NCBI RefSeq assembly: GCF_009914755.1
Contig: NC_060932.1
Length of the DNA: 64,000 nucleotides
Direction: 5' to 3' (one strand)
Origin: the human T2T-CHM13v2.0 reference genome, Homo sapiens
The translations under genes and the position numbers were made by a program. The notes beneath the pieces are model-generated. The model did no database searches and was not told the origin of the DNA. It saw nothing but the letters and a program-made list of their open reading frames with translations. Positions 1 to 14,729 of this stretch are shown here, piece after piece. How positions within the stretch are numbered: position 1 is the stretch's first letter; every line of letters starts with the position of its first letter.

Positions 1-16
1 ATATAATACCCAATTA

Positions 17-905
<889 letters not shown>

Positions 906-1622
906 ATGGGCTTTTTAGCCAATGCTCCACTCCCTCCTCGCTTTAGTAGTCCCCAGAGTCTATTGGTCCCATCTTTATATCCATGTGTATTCTGTAAGGT
1001 TAGCCGAGAGAAAGGAGGAGAGAGAGGGAGATTCAAGGTCAGGCGAGTAAGTTTATTAACCTGCCAGGCTGCTCCACCATAGTCAGAGGAGGCAGCCCTG
1101 AGCTTACAAAATGAGGGGTTTATATGGGGGAGAGAGAACCTGGGGTTGCCGGTTAACTTTACCACATATCATCTTGTGACTGTAGAAATTTACAAGAGGG
1201 TATAACATAGGTTTATCCACGTTTCTCGTGACCTCCCCCATGTTCCCCGGGGGGCTGTATTCAGGATTTTGCTCAGCAAGTCTGGTGACCTTGCCGTGGC
1301 GCCTAGATAAGGGTCCAGGAATGCAGCTGCAGAGTAGTCAGGGTAAGGTTCAGCTGCACTGAGGGAGGGGGATCCTGGAGCAGCTTGTCCCTAACGTATT
1401 CAATATTTAGCTCTCACTAATAAGTGAGACATGTTTGGTTTTCTGTTCCTGCGTTAATTTATTTAGGATAATGGCCTCCAGCTGCATCCATATTGCTGCA
1501 AAGGACATGATTTCACTCTTCTGATGGCTGTATAGTATTCCACGATGTATATGTAGCCATGTTTTCTTTATCCAGCCCACTGTTGAGGGACATCTAGATT
1601 GATTCCAGGTCTTTGCTAGTGT
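906..1622 (-). mobile_element. L1PA13-16/L1PB-type L1 3' end, split by an LTR
   Basis: tagtagtccccag...atctttatatccatgtgtattc, then caatatttagctctcac...ggataatggcctccagctgcatccatattgctgcaaaggacatg, the antisense L1 3'UTR/ORF2 end. Confidence 0.85.
993..1396 (-). mobile_element. Solo ERV LTR (ERVL class, LTR18-like; family tentative)
   Basis: Starts TGTAAGG and ends CTAACG (degenerate CA). 5-bp TSD TATTC at 988-992 and 1397-1401. The minus strand carries a TATA-like ATATAAA and an AATAAA. Confidence 0.75.
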
Positions 1623-1784
1623 TTTTTGTTTTTAACATCAAAAGAATTTAATGTGTTTGGGGAAGGAATCAGAGGAGAAAGGGAAATTGAAGAATTGATA
1701 GCTTCAGTGGGGAAGGTGATGAATGAGAGACCCAGAAGAGAAGGAAATGAGGGAGATCTAGAGCAAACTCTTTAAATTGTAACT

Positions 1785-2380
1785 CAGATGAAAATAGCTG
1801 TAGACTTGTTAAAATGTATCCCATAGGTCTGGAATGCAACCTGAGATTCCCTATTTCTCACGAACTCCCAAGTGGTGCTGATGCTGCTGTTCCACAGATC
1901 ACACATTAGCAAGGCACTAGACCACTGGTTCTCAAACATAGCTGTAAAAATCCCTGGGTTCTTCCCACAGAAATTTTTTCTTTTCTTTTTTCTTTTTCTT
2001 TTTTTTTTTTGAGACAAGGTCTCACTCTGTTGCCCAGGCTAGAGTGCAATGGCACAATCTTGGCTCGCTGAAACCTCTTCCCCCAAGGCTCAAGTGATTC
2101 TCCTTTATTAGCTTCCCATGTAGCAGAACTACGGGCACACACCACTGCGCCTGGCTAATTTTTGTATTTTTAGTAGAGTTGGGCTTTCACCATATTTCAC
2201 AGCCTGGTCTCAAACTCCTGACCTCAGATGGTCCGCTCCTCTCGGCCTCCCAAAGTGCTGGGATTACAGACATAAGCCACCGCACCCAGCCTTCCCACAG
2301 AAATTCTGATCTCATTACTGTGGGAGATTTTTACAATCCACTCTGATGAGTATAATGTGCAGCAGTGTTTGAGAACCACT
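1785..2380. mobile_element. Two adjacent MER5 (hAT-Charlie) elements, the second split by an Alu
   Basis: ggtgctgatgctgctg...; cactggttctcaaa (1923) and tttgagaaccact (~2380) are MER5-type terminal inverted repeats. Confidence 0.7.
1976..2291 (-). mobile_element. AluSx-type
   Basis: Full antisense dimer. TSD CTTCCCACAGAAATT at 1961-1975 and 2291-2305. Confidence 0.93.
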
Positions 2381-2399
2381 AATTACTTTCTCTGTGTGA

Positions 2400-2793
<394 letters not shown>

Positions 2794-2805
2794 ATATATA
2801 CAATT

Positions 2806-3177
2806 TTTAGTAGTCCATTTTCACACTGTTATAAAGAACTACCTGAGACTGAGTGATTTAAGAAGAAAAAAGGTTTATTTGACTCACAATTCCACAGGTT
2901 TAACAGGAAGCATGACTGGGAGGCTTCAGGAAACTTACAATCATAGTGGAAGGTGAAGGGGAAGCAAGGACCTTCTTCACATGGTGGCAGGAGAGAGAGA
3001 GAGAGTGAAAGGGGAGGTGCTACACACTTTTAAACCATCAGGTCTCATGAGAACTCACTCACTATCAGGAGAACAGCAAGGGGAAAACCTGCCCCCATGA
3101 TCCAATCACCTCCCACCAGGCCCCTCCTCCAATTTGACATGAGATTTAGGCAGGGACACAAAAACCAAACCATATCC
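2806..3177 (-). mobile_element. MaLR solo LTR (THE1D/MSTA-type)
   Basis: tagtccattttcacactg...gaactacctgagact...ggaaacttacaatcat...ccaaaccatatc. Confidence 0.9.
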
Positions 3178-3369
3178 TATTCTATGTCCTGTATAATAAA
3201 AAACAGCAGTGCAGGGTCCTGACACACCATTCCCCAACCCTAAATCTTTCTCCTCAGAAGCATCAATTTTCAAATCTTTTAGATGTTACTTCTGATTATT
3301 ATCTTTATATATCTAAAGAAGTCTTTGTCATACTATTTATTGATTTTTTTAGCTTATCTATATTTTCCA

Positions 3370-4264
3370 TATTATCTGGTGATTTTTCTCAAATGTCTGG
3401 TGATCACTGGATGTTCTTGCATATTAATGCAGAAGCATTGCAAAATACATTAGAAGCTTGTTGTGTGGAGGTATGGATGATAAATTGGTGGGCCTTACTA
3501 GCAGGATTCCTGGTCAAATGTTTGGCCCTTTTATTGGGAGATACCAAATATCAGCATCTGTAAATGCTGTCTTTCAGATGGTCAGTTTCCCCAGAAAGCC
3601 ATTTCTGCAATTTCTATCCCTACTCCCCAGTCAGCATAGATAGGGCTGGTTGTCAGCATTCTGGGACCCAACTGGGTAGAGAAGTCTCAGGGTAGGGGAA
3701 AGGATCATTGGTATTGTGTGAGAGGGAGACAATTATTCTGATTTCATTATGGTCATAACATTCCATGAGTCTGGTGACCACAGGTTCAGTCTCCTTCTCA
3801 TTCTACCTTTCCAGAATGTAAATGTCCACTTCCTGCCAGAGTAAGGGAAGTGAGGGTGGTTACCTAGTTATGTGGAGGAATGGTGTGTATGAGCTCAACT
3901 GCTCCTTGCACAGACTATCATCTACCCTTCCTATTTCAGCCATGCTCAAATCCCTCCTTGGTGATTCTACTTCTGAATACTGGCTTTCTGCTACGTGAAT
4001 TTGCTTGTAAACACTTGCTTTTGTGTTTACTCTTGGTTCTCCTTATTTCTTCTTCAATTTGTCACATAGCTGTTGCCAGTCGGCTCAGTCAATGATTACT
4101 CTCACTTCTACATTCTACCTTACAACTTTTTGATGTCATATTTCATTCATCGTCACCTCCTCTGTTCTTTTTATCTGTGTGGTTATGCTGTGTTTATACT
4201 TTCACTCAAATTTTAGAGAGGCTACTGAGGTAGCAGAGATGAATGCTTTGTTTAATCAAAAGTC
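3370..4264 (-). mobile_element. Ancient HAL1/L1ME-type 5' region
   Basis: Contains ctcaaatgtctggtgatc. The right end is the reverse complement of gactt..gattaaac..gcattcatctctgct, typical of these 5' ends. Confidence 0.5.
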
Positions 4265-4494
4265 TTCTAGACATTTAAATTAAATAAATTAATTAATAAA
4301 CATCTATTGGGTTAGGAACATGAACAAGGAAGAGGCGTGGCAAAACTGCTGCAAGGAATTTGATATAAATTATGCCAGTAAGCTTATAAATGATCATTTT
4401 TTTAAAACAAAAGCACTAAATTACAAATTAAAGTTCCAATATAGAATTAAACAATTTTTCCTTTGTCAGCACTCAAGAACAGTGAGGTTCTAGA

Positions 4495-4720
4495 AAGCAG
4501 CATCTTCATGGAGTGGAAGGAGCAGTTGTGGAAACAATCCTGGGTTTGGATTTCTGACTCATTTGCAGCTATGTTGCAAAAAGCAAATTATTTGAATTCT
4601 TGAAGGCCTAATTTCCTCCTCTGTAAAATTATATAAATAAAATCTATTTTATAAAACAATGGTATAGATTAGAAAAATCCTTACTATAGTGTCTAGCGCA
4701 TAACTTTTCAATAAATATGT
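4495..4720 (+). mobile_element. MIR
   Basis: cctgggtttg...gcaaattatttgaa...tttcctcctctgtaaaat core and a caataaat tail. Confidence 0.65.
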
Positions 4721-5067
4721 TGACATGGTTTGGCTGTGTGTCCCCACCCAAATCTCATCTGGAATTGTAATCCCCCTGTGTTGAGGGAGGAAGGTGATTG
4801 GATCATGGGGGTGGTTTCCCCGTGTTGTTCTCATGATAGTAAACGAGTTCTCATGAGATCTGATGGTGTTATAAGTGTTTGGAAGTTCCTCCTTCATTCT
4901 TCTTCTCTCTCCTGCCACCTTGTGAAGAAGGTGTCTGCTTCCCCTTCTGCCATTATTATAAGTTTCTTGAGGCCTCCCTTGCTATGTGGAACTGTGAATC
5001 AATTAAACTTCCTTCATTTGTAAATTACCCAGTGTCAGGGAAGTTCTTTCTAGCAGTGTGAAAATAA

Positions 5068-5503
5068 ACTGAGTTGGTGCAAAATAACTGCTGTTTTGTC
5101 ATTGAAAGTAATGGCAGAAACAGGCCTGGTGTGGTGGCTCACACCTGTAATGCCAGCACTTTGGGAGGCCAAGGCAGGCAGATCACCTGAGGTCGGGAGT
5201 TCAAAACCAGCCTGACCAACAAGGAGAAACCCTGTCTCTACTAAAAATACAAAATTAGCCAGGTGTGGTGGCACATGCTTGTAATCCCAGTTACTTGGGA
5301 GCCTGAGGTAGGAAAATCATTTTAACCCAGGAGGCAGAGGTTGCGGTGAGACGAGATCGCACCATTGCACTCCAGCCTGAGCAACAAGAGCGAAACTCCG
5401 TCTCAAAGACAAAAAACAAAAAACAAAAACAAAACAAAAAACAAAACAACAACAACAAAAGAAAGCAATGGCAAAAACTGTAATTACTTTTGCACCTATC
5501 TAA
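5068..5503. mobile_element. MADE1 (Hsmar1 MITE), split by AluSp
   Basis: gttggtgcaaaataactg...cattgaaagtaatggc, then gcaaaaactgtaattacttttgcacctatctaa, matching the ~80-bp palindromic consensus. Confidence 0.88.
5123..5460 (+). mobile_element. AluSp
   Basis: cctgaggtcgggag, ctgaccaacaaggagaaacc, gttgcggtgag, caacaagagcgaaac. TSD GAAAG(T/C)AATGGCA(G/A)AAAC at 5104-5121 and 5461-5478. Confidence 0.93.
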
Positions 5504-6127
5504 AATAATACATATATTAAGAGGAAATTAATAGCATTTTGGACTGTCCAGGATTACGAGTGTTCTAATCAAATGAGGTGCAAATCTAAGGGAAAAAAGG
5601 GAATTGTAGAGGTGGAAAAGCAGAACAATTTAAGTTATGTACTGTGGGCTTTTGTGGCTAGAGAAAGGGATAAAGCCACACAGGGCTTAAGGAATAGAAG
5701 AAAACAAGCAATGGGCTAAGCTGTAAATGAGCTTGAGAAGCAGATATGGTATGAAGATGAGAATGAGACTGTTAGGTACAAGGAGCTGTAGTGAGGAATT
5801 AGTGTCCTGAAGTCTAAGATTTTTCAGGTGTTTCAGTTCTGAGAGATATCAAGACTCAGGGTATGATGTTTAGAGAAGGTTCCAAAAAATGTAATGACAG
5901 TTACTCTTAAGTACAACGGAAAAGTAATTATGGGGCTGGTATGCTAAACAGCTGGCATCTGTATAGACACTAAACTCTCTCATCATGGCAACTGGAGTTA
6001 GGGATCCAGTAGACCTAAAGCATATGTTTACAATATATAAATACGTATGACTCCAGTAAACCTTATCTTTTAACATTATTGACTGCATTAACCTATATTG
6101 TGCTTAGGGTATTTTTCTACTTTTCTT

Positions 6128-6317
6128 AAGGGTATCTAATTTTAGTGTGCACTAAACCCAGGGAACCTCTTAATCAATTGAAATTATCTGCACCAGTCCC
6201 AGAGATTCTATTTCAGTAGGTCTGGAATAGGGCAGCGGAGTCTGTATTTTTAATATGAATCACAATAACCCAGTGACTTTGACAAGGGGCTACATGTGCC
6301 AGACATTGAGAAACATT
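6128..6317. mobile_element. MER5-type DNA transposon
   Basis: cccagagattctatttcagtaggtctgg...tctgtatttttaa...ttgagaaaca. Confidence 0.65.
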
Positions 6318-6736
6318 TTGATCAGGTGTGACCAGGTGAAGATTTAGCTATTCATTGTCATCTCTGTAATAAAGGAAAATACAATCTGTGCACCTCAGGG
6401 TGGTTCTGGAGATGACTAATCTCTGAGCCTCAACTAATAAATGACTGAAATGAATGTGTTTCTGCATACAATAAATCAAGCAATAGTTATGAATTTGGAC
6501 TTTATCATCTGTTGAGTAACTAGATCTGCAGCTATAAGAACTAAATTTAAGTAACACGTTTGTTCAAAATGTTGCATTTTTAATTCCACAGTGAATTTTA
6601 TATAAATTTGGAGGAAAGTGTGGTGGTTTGAAGAATATCAAAAACAAATATCTCTTAATTAGGAAAAAGTGATTATATCACTTTTTTTACAACAGTCCAT
6701 TTATGCTTTATAATTATCCTCTAATTTCTTTTCTTT

Positions 6737-7050
6737 CATTTATTTGTATTTTTTATTTTCATTTTTTTAGACAGGGTCTTACTCTGTTGCCCAGGCTGGA
6801 GTGCAGTGGCATGATCTCGAGCTCATTGCAACCTCTGCCTTACGGGTTCAAGCGATTCTCCTTTCTCAGCCTCCTTAGTAGCTGAGACTACAGGCACCCA
6901 CCACTGCACCCAGCTAATTTTTGTATTTTTAGTAAAGACGGGGTTTCACCATGGTGGCCAGACTGGTCTCAAAATCCTGACCTCAGGTGATACGCCCACC
7001 TTGGCCTCCCAAAGTGCTGGGATTACAGGCTTGAGCCATCACATCCAGCC
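6737..7050 (-). mobile_element. AluSx
   Basis: Full antisense dimer with cctgacctcaggtga. TSD TTCTTTTCTTT at 6726-6736 and 7051-7061. Confidence 0.93.
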
Positions 7051-9309
7051 TTCTTTTCTTTTAGATGAAGAGTAGAGACTAAATGATTTGCCTTCAGGTA
7101 GTCTGTAATAGTACCCTAGATCCAAATTCTGGCCTGTCTGATTCTGAATTAAAGATCATGCCTTTATAAACACCCTGTTCCACATAAAGACACACTTTCC
7201 TGAACTATTTAGCTCTGGGAAACAAATTTCTTTTATATTGTTTTGGGTTATGGCCCAGAATTATTGTAACTACTATAGCTTTAATTCTGTATTTTAACAT
7301 TTGTGTACATTTTGCAGAACTTAGATATAGAAGCTGTCTAGATTATGGAAGGACACTGAACCGGGTTTCTCTATGTGTTTGTGTTTTTCTAAAAGACTTA
7401 ATACAAGCCCCATGGCTTGATTTAAAAACTGCCTCCAATAGCTTGAATTGCTTTAATGTGAATATGATCTGTTATTTGAACATTTTTCACACTCACATTC
7501 TATCCATTTAGTCAGCATTAATGAGTACTTTAATCCTCAGCATATACAATATGCTAATAAATTGGCTTTGCCACACAGACAAAAACCTATATGGGTTTTC
7601 AAAAGTTCAGCAGTGAATTATTGGGTCCAGCTTAAGTCTATACTTGTAATCAAAGATTTATGTTCAGGTAAATTGCTGGCTATTTATTATGAAAAGAAAA
7701 ATAGCTAGGGGTATTTCAGAAGATTAAGTAACAGTAATTATCTAACTACTTGGGAATTCAGTAAAAAGTTTCTGATAGGTTTCCAGATAAAGTGCAACAG
7801 CTTAAAGTTCAGAAACAAAATAATCAATTCTTTAGAATGTTCTGTAAGGAAAGAAAAGTGATCAGTATTATTTTTCATTTGGAAAGGATAAAGTGAGCTT
7901 CAGGGAACTGAACTGCATGTTTTGTGAGTTTCATTTTGTGGAGAAGAGATATTTATGTGATAAAAGAAGGAAAGAGAAAGGCAATTAATTTAGATCCAGT
8001 TCTAATCAAAAGTTTTTAAATCCTATTGGTAGTTTTTCTTCCTAAATATCTACCCACATTTTGAATATTTTCTGATTCTGCAAATATGACATCAAATATG
8101 AAATAAACATCCAGTCAAAAAATGAAAAGTTCTGACAAATTTGTGTATATTTAGCTTTAATGTAGACAATATATCTAAATATTTACCTAAGTTTTTTTTT
8201 TTAAATCAAACTCACCTCAGGAATATATAACTTCCAAATACTATCACATATAATTACATTTGGAAAGGGATGTGAGACGAAGAGCTGCTTTTTAAGATGG
8301 GAGATACACTATGGGATGATGAAATAATTCTGTAGGCAAAGGAACTGATGATACGGGAGAGTCTGAAATACTTGCATTGATGAGAGAAGATAAGACAGTA
8401 TAAAAATGGGAGATTTGTTTTTCATAGGAACAGGGTGCAGATAATTCATTCGTTTTAGTAGAAGGTGAAGAAGTGTGTATTGTGGACGTGCAATTGGGTG
8501 AATTTAACAATAGGACAACATTTCTTCATTTCTTCCATTTTTTTCTAGTGCAATGAGATAAAAATCATTTACTAAGATATGGGAAAGGGAAGTGTAGGCT
8601 GAAGTTTTATTTGAGATGAAAAGACACAAAATAAAAATTTTAGGGAGTAGAAAAATGAATGAAATAAGGAAATGTAATAGAATAACCAGGATGAGAGCCT
8701 CATTGGGACATGTAAGCATGTTTGCTTTTGTGTATACAGCCACTTTCCTCTGTGGCTGCACAGGCCTATATCAAATGGAAAAGTAATTTTATCAAGGTTG
8801 TAGTGTTTTAGGGTAAGTCAATGGCGAGAAAGAAGAAAAGAGTATTAAAGTTGTATTAATTAGCATAATTTTAATGATGAACAACGGAATTTAAGCCCAG
8901 AAAGGAGAGCAGTAAAACCACAGGGGTGTGCTGGAAAAGTCTGGACAGTCAATGGGATTCAATGGGATGGAGATTACAGGGTTTATCATCGTTAGAGGGG
9001 AAAGGAAGTGGAAATATAGATGGTGATGATAAGAGAGTGAGAATTTGAAACTGAGATACTGAGAATATGTTCAAAAGTAACAGCCAGTTTTAGGTTATGG
9101 GCATGTGAATGGGTAATGAGTCAAGAAACTGAAGGGATAAAGTATTAAATGGATCAATTATATAGATACTGAAATAATCAAGGATGGGGATAAGAGTAAA
9201 ATATAGTGGACCACGTTCTATAAAGTTACTAACGAATAAGAGAATAGATGAGGCCTGTTTGTCCAAAGTTTGTAGGTCACTACAACCAAAAGAGATACTT
9301 CAATATTAC

Positions 9310-9400
9310 GTCATTCGTCAGTTCATTCAACAAATATTTATTGTAAACCGTCTATGTACTAAGGTCTCGATGTAGGTATAAAAATAAGTAAGAAAACTTT
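9310..9400 (-). mobile_element. L2 3' end fragment
   Basis: tcattcaacaaatatttattg...ctatgt. Confidence 0.6.
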
Positions 9401-9429
9401 AGGTCTTATCTTAAAACAGCCAGGAAACC

Positions 9430-9618
9430 TTCTCTAACACACACTCTCGGTTAGGAGCTCTTGCTATTTATAGGATGTTGTCCATACTTCTAGAGTAGTG
9501 CTTATTATGTTATCATAATAATCTAGTCACATATTTCTTCCTGTAACCTGTAAGCTGCTTAAGTGCCAGCCATATTGCCTGAAGCATAGAAATACTTAAT
9601 AAATGCTTACTGAAAGAC
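9430..9618 (+). mobile_element. L2 3' end fragment
   Basis: ctgtaagctgcttaag...gcctgaagcatag...cttaataaatgcttactgaa. Confidence 0.55.
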
Positions 9619-10439
9619 ATGTTTGATACTGAAGGCCAATAATTTACCACATAATTTATCCTAGGGCCTCTCCAGCCACTTAGAAGTATAGCAAATAAAC
9701 AACTTGCTACAATAGAAGATAACATTTCACTGAGATATAGGTCAAGATGAAAATCTGATCAAAAATAAAACAGACAGCTACAAATTGCACGTTTCTATCA
9801 AGACTTACAATTTGCGTCATAAAAATGAGATTGTGCTGGAAATGAGATTAGAACATGAAAAATTATTTTAGTTGGTTTCTATAAATTCTGTGATATATTA
9901 AACCTGTGGAGTCATGTGGCACTTTAAATCTAGCCTATATTGAAGTATATTTAATATTTTAATGAAGATATACAGTTCACGATCAGCTTAATCTTTCCCT
10001 TCTTGAATAATTTTCATTATCTCTCCCCAATAATCACTGGATATCATAGAAGCCACTTCCTAAAAGAAATTTTCCCTTAGACAATCCTCGGAAAGAGTAA
10101 TCGCATCTGAAGCTATGGTCTGTGTATCTCCCTATCCCTTATTTCAGTCCTATCTTTTTCTAGAGCTACACCTAACTCAAGACCCAAATCATGCTGTCTT
10201 TGGAAGCTACATAGTTCACAAAATGCAAAAGAATCTTACATGAAGGAAGAACAACTCTTATGTGAGAAGAAAAGATTTTCTCTCCACAACATAAAATATT
10301 TATTCACACCACCAGTGTCTCTTTGTTCCTTTCCCATTGAGAACAAAACCCAAAATGATACTGACATTTTAGTCACACAGATGCAACTTTAAAAACACTT
10401 ACCATGCAGATTAACAACTTATTTAAAAAATGATACACA

Positions 10440-10889
10440 TATACTGAAATTGAATAATTAAGTGGAATGTAGATGATGGATGTCAGGTTTCTCACTGCTA
10501 GAGTGGAAGTTTACAGATAAGCAAAGGGAATAGGCTTGAATTATCTGTGTGATAATGGATTTGAGTTGGAAATGTGAATAGGTACAAATGGTTATAAACA
10601 GAAGTATTTATTGATATATATATATATATATTCATATGCATTAGCATACATATATGTTTTTCCTTGCTCCTTCTGCTGAGAGTTCTTACAAGCAAAGGCA
10701 CTCCAGTAGCAACAAGCTCATTTCAGACTCAAATTTTGGTTTATATTACTCCAATGAAAAGAACTACGGATTTTGGAGAAATGCTGATTCTATGGTTATG
10801 GCAGAAATTATAACAAGATGATACTGGTGTATCCTCCTTACTTCTTAAAAGTAAGGTGGTGGTTAGAACACACAAATACCTGCACACAT

Positions 10890-10922
<33 letters not shown>

Positions 10923-11753
10923 ATAAAGAGGCTTATGAAAAGGACACAGAAGCCAACTGGAAAAGTTTCCGCTGGCCAACACTGGTATTATTTGAGGGAA
11001 AGTAAAAGCAGCATTGGATTATAACCTAAAATATATAATTAAAAGATTCTTAAGCTCATATTGATACAAATAAATGATTTGATAAATAAATAAGTGGGGT
11101 AGAATAGACAACTCACCTCTGTGCAGAAAAATCAGATACTCCAACCTCAAGGAACTGGGCCATAACTGCACATAGTGACTTTCTTTCAAAGAGTGTAATA
11201 CAGAAAGGAAGGAAAAAGTACTTTATAGTGGAGAAACTTGATCAACACCACCTTAGCTGGGTGATTCAGGCTGACATCAGCAAAGATAAGTCATGCTGAT
11301 AGTATTCACCCTTGATAGGATATGACGAGAATGGCACTACTAAAACCCCATAACCCCAGTCTAATCAGAGAAACACCGGGCAAGTATAAATGGAAAGACG
11401 TTCTACAAAATAACTGACAAGAAATTCTCAAAATGCTTGAGGTCATTAAGAACAAGGAAAGTATAAAATACTGTCATAGTCAAGAAGAGCTTAAGAAGAC
11501 ATGAAAACTTGACTTAATGTGGTATCCAGGGTGGGGTCCTAGAACAGAAAAAGGACACCAACTAAAAACTAGGCAAATGTGAATAAAACAAAAAAAACAA
11601 CTTTTTTTGTTAATGGTAACAAATGTACCATATGAATATAAATTTTTAACAATAGGGGAAACAAGTGGAAAGTATATGAGAACTCTGTACCATCTTTGAT
11701 TTTTTCTGTAAATCTAAAACAATTCTATAATTAAAGCTCATTAAAAAATAAAG
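10440..11753 (+). mobile_element. L1MC/L1MD-type long 3'UTR
   Basis: ccagtagcaac, ggagaaatgctgattct, cataaccccagtctaatca, gaacagaaaaaggaca, ttttctgtaaatctaaaac, then an A-rich tail. Confidence 0.8.
10883..10920. repeat. (CA)n microsatellite
   Basis: Perfect (CA)15 at 10891-10920 with a degenerate lead-in. Confidence 0.95.
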
Positions 11754-11879
11754 ATACCTTTGAAATCATAACTCAGTAGATGTTTACAGGGGGCAGCAAG
11801 ATGCAATAAAGGGCAGGAAGCTTGAATTCAACATATGATTGTTACCAATCTTATGTTGTTGAACTTTTCTGTTTGCTGA

Positions 11880-14060
11880 AAGTGTTTAGAGCTATAATTG
11901 GTTCCTGCATATTGATTTGATATCCAGGAATCTTGCTTAACTGTCTTGTTAACTCCAGATTTTTTTTTTTTTAATTTCCTACCCACGTAATCAAACCATC
12001 TTCAGAGTATTTCTTCTTTTATCCTTTATACCGCTAAAAAAAAACGTCCCGTCTCATTGGCTGGGCCCTTTCATAAATTGCCCAGATGAATATAAGCTGT
12101 AAAAATAAGCATTCTTGTCTTGTTCCTGGCCTCAAATAAATGTTCTCAATATGGTGCTCTATTAAATATAATGATATATTAATATATTACATTCCGTTAA
12201 TCAGGGAAATATGTTTTTATTTCATTCCTCTTTGGGTAACTAGGTGTTTTATTTAATAGTTAATATAATAAATGGATAGTGAATTTTTATTAACTATCTT
12301 AACTGCCCCTATTGAGGTTATTGTCCTTTATTTTTCTAACAAAATACTTCTCCTACTTCTCAAGATGACTTCCCAAGACCAGCAGTATCAACATCATCTG
12401 ATAACTTATTAGAAATGTGAATTATTATTCCTCACCCCACTTATTGAATCAGAAAATCTGGGTTGGAGGCAAGTAATCTGTATTTTAACAAGCCCACCAG
12501 GTGATTGTGATACAAGTTCAATGTATCCTTTTCGTGATACTGTGCTATATTTTATTAATGAATTTCTATAATGTAAATAATTCTGGGAATACATTGAAAT
12601 TGGTCATTATACTTTATCCGTTTTACATCATGTGGACTTGAAATTCAAATTCTTATCTGGAACTTTTGTAGCTATGTACAGGAAAGAAATTTCTTTGTAG
12701 CTTCCCTGTTCTTGCCAGGTTTGGTAATCAAGTTATGTAAGCCACCTACAATAAGGTGGAGAATATTGATTCTTTTGCTTCTTTCAGGAAGATTTAGTGT
12801 AAGACTATATTATTTTTCCTTGAATATCTGAAATATTTTACTGGTGAAGCCACCAGAACCTGGAGTTTCCTTCATGGAAAAATTTTAAATCATAGTCTTT
12901 ATTTGTGTGTTCTGTTTTTGTGTCAGTTTTCATAAAGTCATTTGTTATCTAGGAATTGGTTCACCTCATATACATCTTCAAACTTTGACAATTCATTATG
13001 CCATCTAATTACTTTTTACAGTATGTAGATTCTATAATTTGAGTTTTTTTCTGACATTTAAGTTCTATTTCATTAATTTCAACTCTTTACTATTTTCTTT
13101 CCTTTCCTTTGAGATTATTCTTTTTGTTGCTAAATAAGGGCTTAGCTCATTTATTTTCAACATTTCCCCCCAATAATATACATTTTGAACAATTAATTTG
13201 TCTCTGAATCACATCACCTGTGTCCCACAAGTTTTATTATGTTGTATTTTCTTTTCTTATTTATTCAGTGCTCATTAATTTATAAATCTATGACTTCTAA
13301 TAGTTTTCTTCTATCATTTCTTTAGAGGTTAATGATATTGTTGTCAGAGATGTAGGCATTTGTATTTATGGACCAATATAAGATCAATTTTAAAAAACAT
13401 GAGTGTGCTTAGAAAAAATATGTATTTTGGAGAATTTGTGTAATGTGTTTCACATGTGTTCATTAGGACAAATTTATTAATCATGCTATTCAAGTTCAGG
13501 GAAGTGTGCCAAATTTTTCCAATGTGATTATTGCTTGATATATTGTTTCTTTTAGTTCTCTCTTTCCCACCCCCCATTCTTTTGGGCATTTGAGGCCATT
13601 GAGGCTATGTTAGAAAATGCATTCAAACTGTTATGTCATTTTGATTAATTGTATATTTTATCATTATAAAGATACTGGTCAGGTCTAGTAGTGCTTTATA
13701 CCTTAAAGGCAATCTTAACCAAGATTAGTATAGTTCCTCTAGCTTGCTTTGCTTAGCATTTACATGGTATATGTATTCATTTGTTTCCTTTCAATCTTTA
13801 CTTTTTTCTTAAGTTTATAAGTTTTCTCTTTAAAAAAGCATGTGGCAGACTTATCTTTAATACACTATGACAGTCTTTTATACACATCATTTAGTCCATT
13901 TATCTCTATTGTAAATGCTTATGTTTGCATTTACATATATCACTATAGTTTGTGCTTTCAATTTGTCCTACATTTTTGTGATTCCTTGAGTCTTCTTTCT
14001 TGCATCTTTTTGATTTTTTTAATCATTTCACTTTTCTCTCTGTTGTGTTTGTTATACTAC
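11880..14060 (-). mobile_element. Old L1M (L1ME-like) ORF2 region, split by MER5A
   Basis: catattgatttgatatccagg, gcattcttgtcttgttcctg, ctggtgaagcca...cctggagttt, tcccacaagtttt. Confidence 0.7.
12356..12525. mobile_element. MER5A
   Basis: gaccagcagtatcaacatcatctg...ttagaaatg...ttgaatcagaaa...tctgtattttaacaagcc. Confidence 0.8.
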
Positions 14061-14729
14061 CAGAAACAAATGTCAACAGATATCTATTCATTTATATATA
14101 TATATCTAGTTCTCGATGTAGACTGTATGCAGAAAATACATTTATTTAATGAATAAATTAATGAGTATAACAACTTATCTTAGACTACACAATTAGTAAA
14201 AGGATAAATATTTTTTAAGAGTAATAAAGACTCACTAAAATTTCAACTCAAGTTTTAAATGTATCACTAAAAAGTAAATTCTTTAATCCCCAAGGAGCAG
14301 TGTTTTGTTGTAATTTATCAAAATACCTTATTGAATCTAGTAAAAACTGAAAGAAATTTCAACAGAATTATTCTATTTTATACAAAATGGTGATCATTAT
14401 CATTATTTTCAATCTTTTCCAATACATTGTTAAGATAAATGCTTTTAGTATATACACAATGTTTTCAAGTGAAGTTAATTTTTTCATATTTCATGTCACA
14501 TCATACAGATGCTAAATATATAGGCTTAGAATATAAGATGCAAAAAGGCATAAATGCTGTATATTCATTCAAGCGTGAACAGAGTCAATATACTGAGACT
14601 ATCACCAACCATGCCTTTAGATATACGGCAAAAATGTATTAAACCCATTGCCCCAGGAAGTCCATAAAGCCAATTTCTATTGAGAATGACTAAGATTTCT
14701 GATGAAGTAGATGCTAGAGAAATAATTTT

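Larger units (their letters stand above)
4721..5512 (+). mobile_element. THE1D solo LTR with MADE1 and AluSp nested in its last bases
   Basis: tgacatggtttggctgtg...ccacccaaatctcatc to gcagtgtgaaaat (~5065). The terminal taataca resumes at ~5506-5512. Confidence 0.9.
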
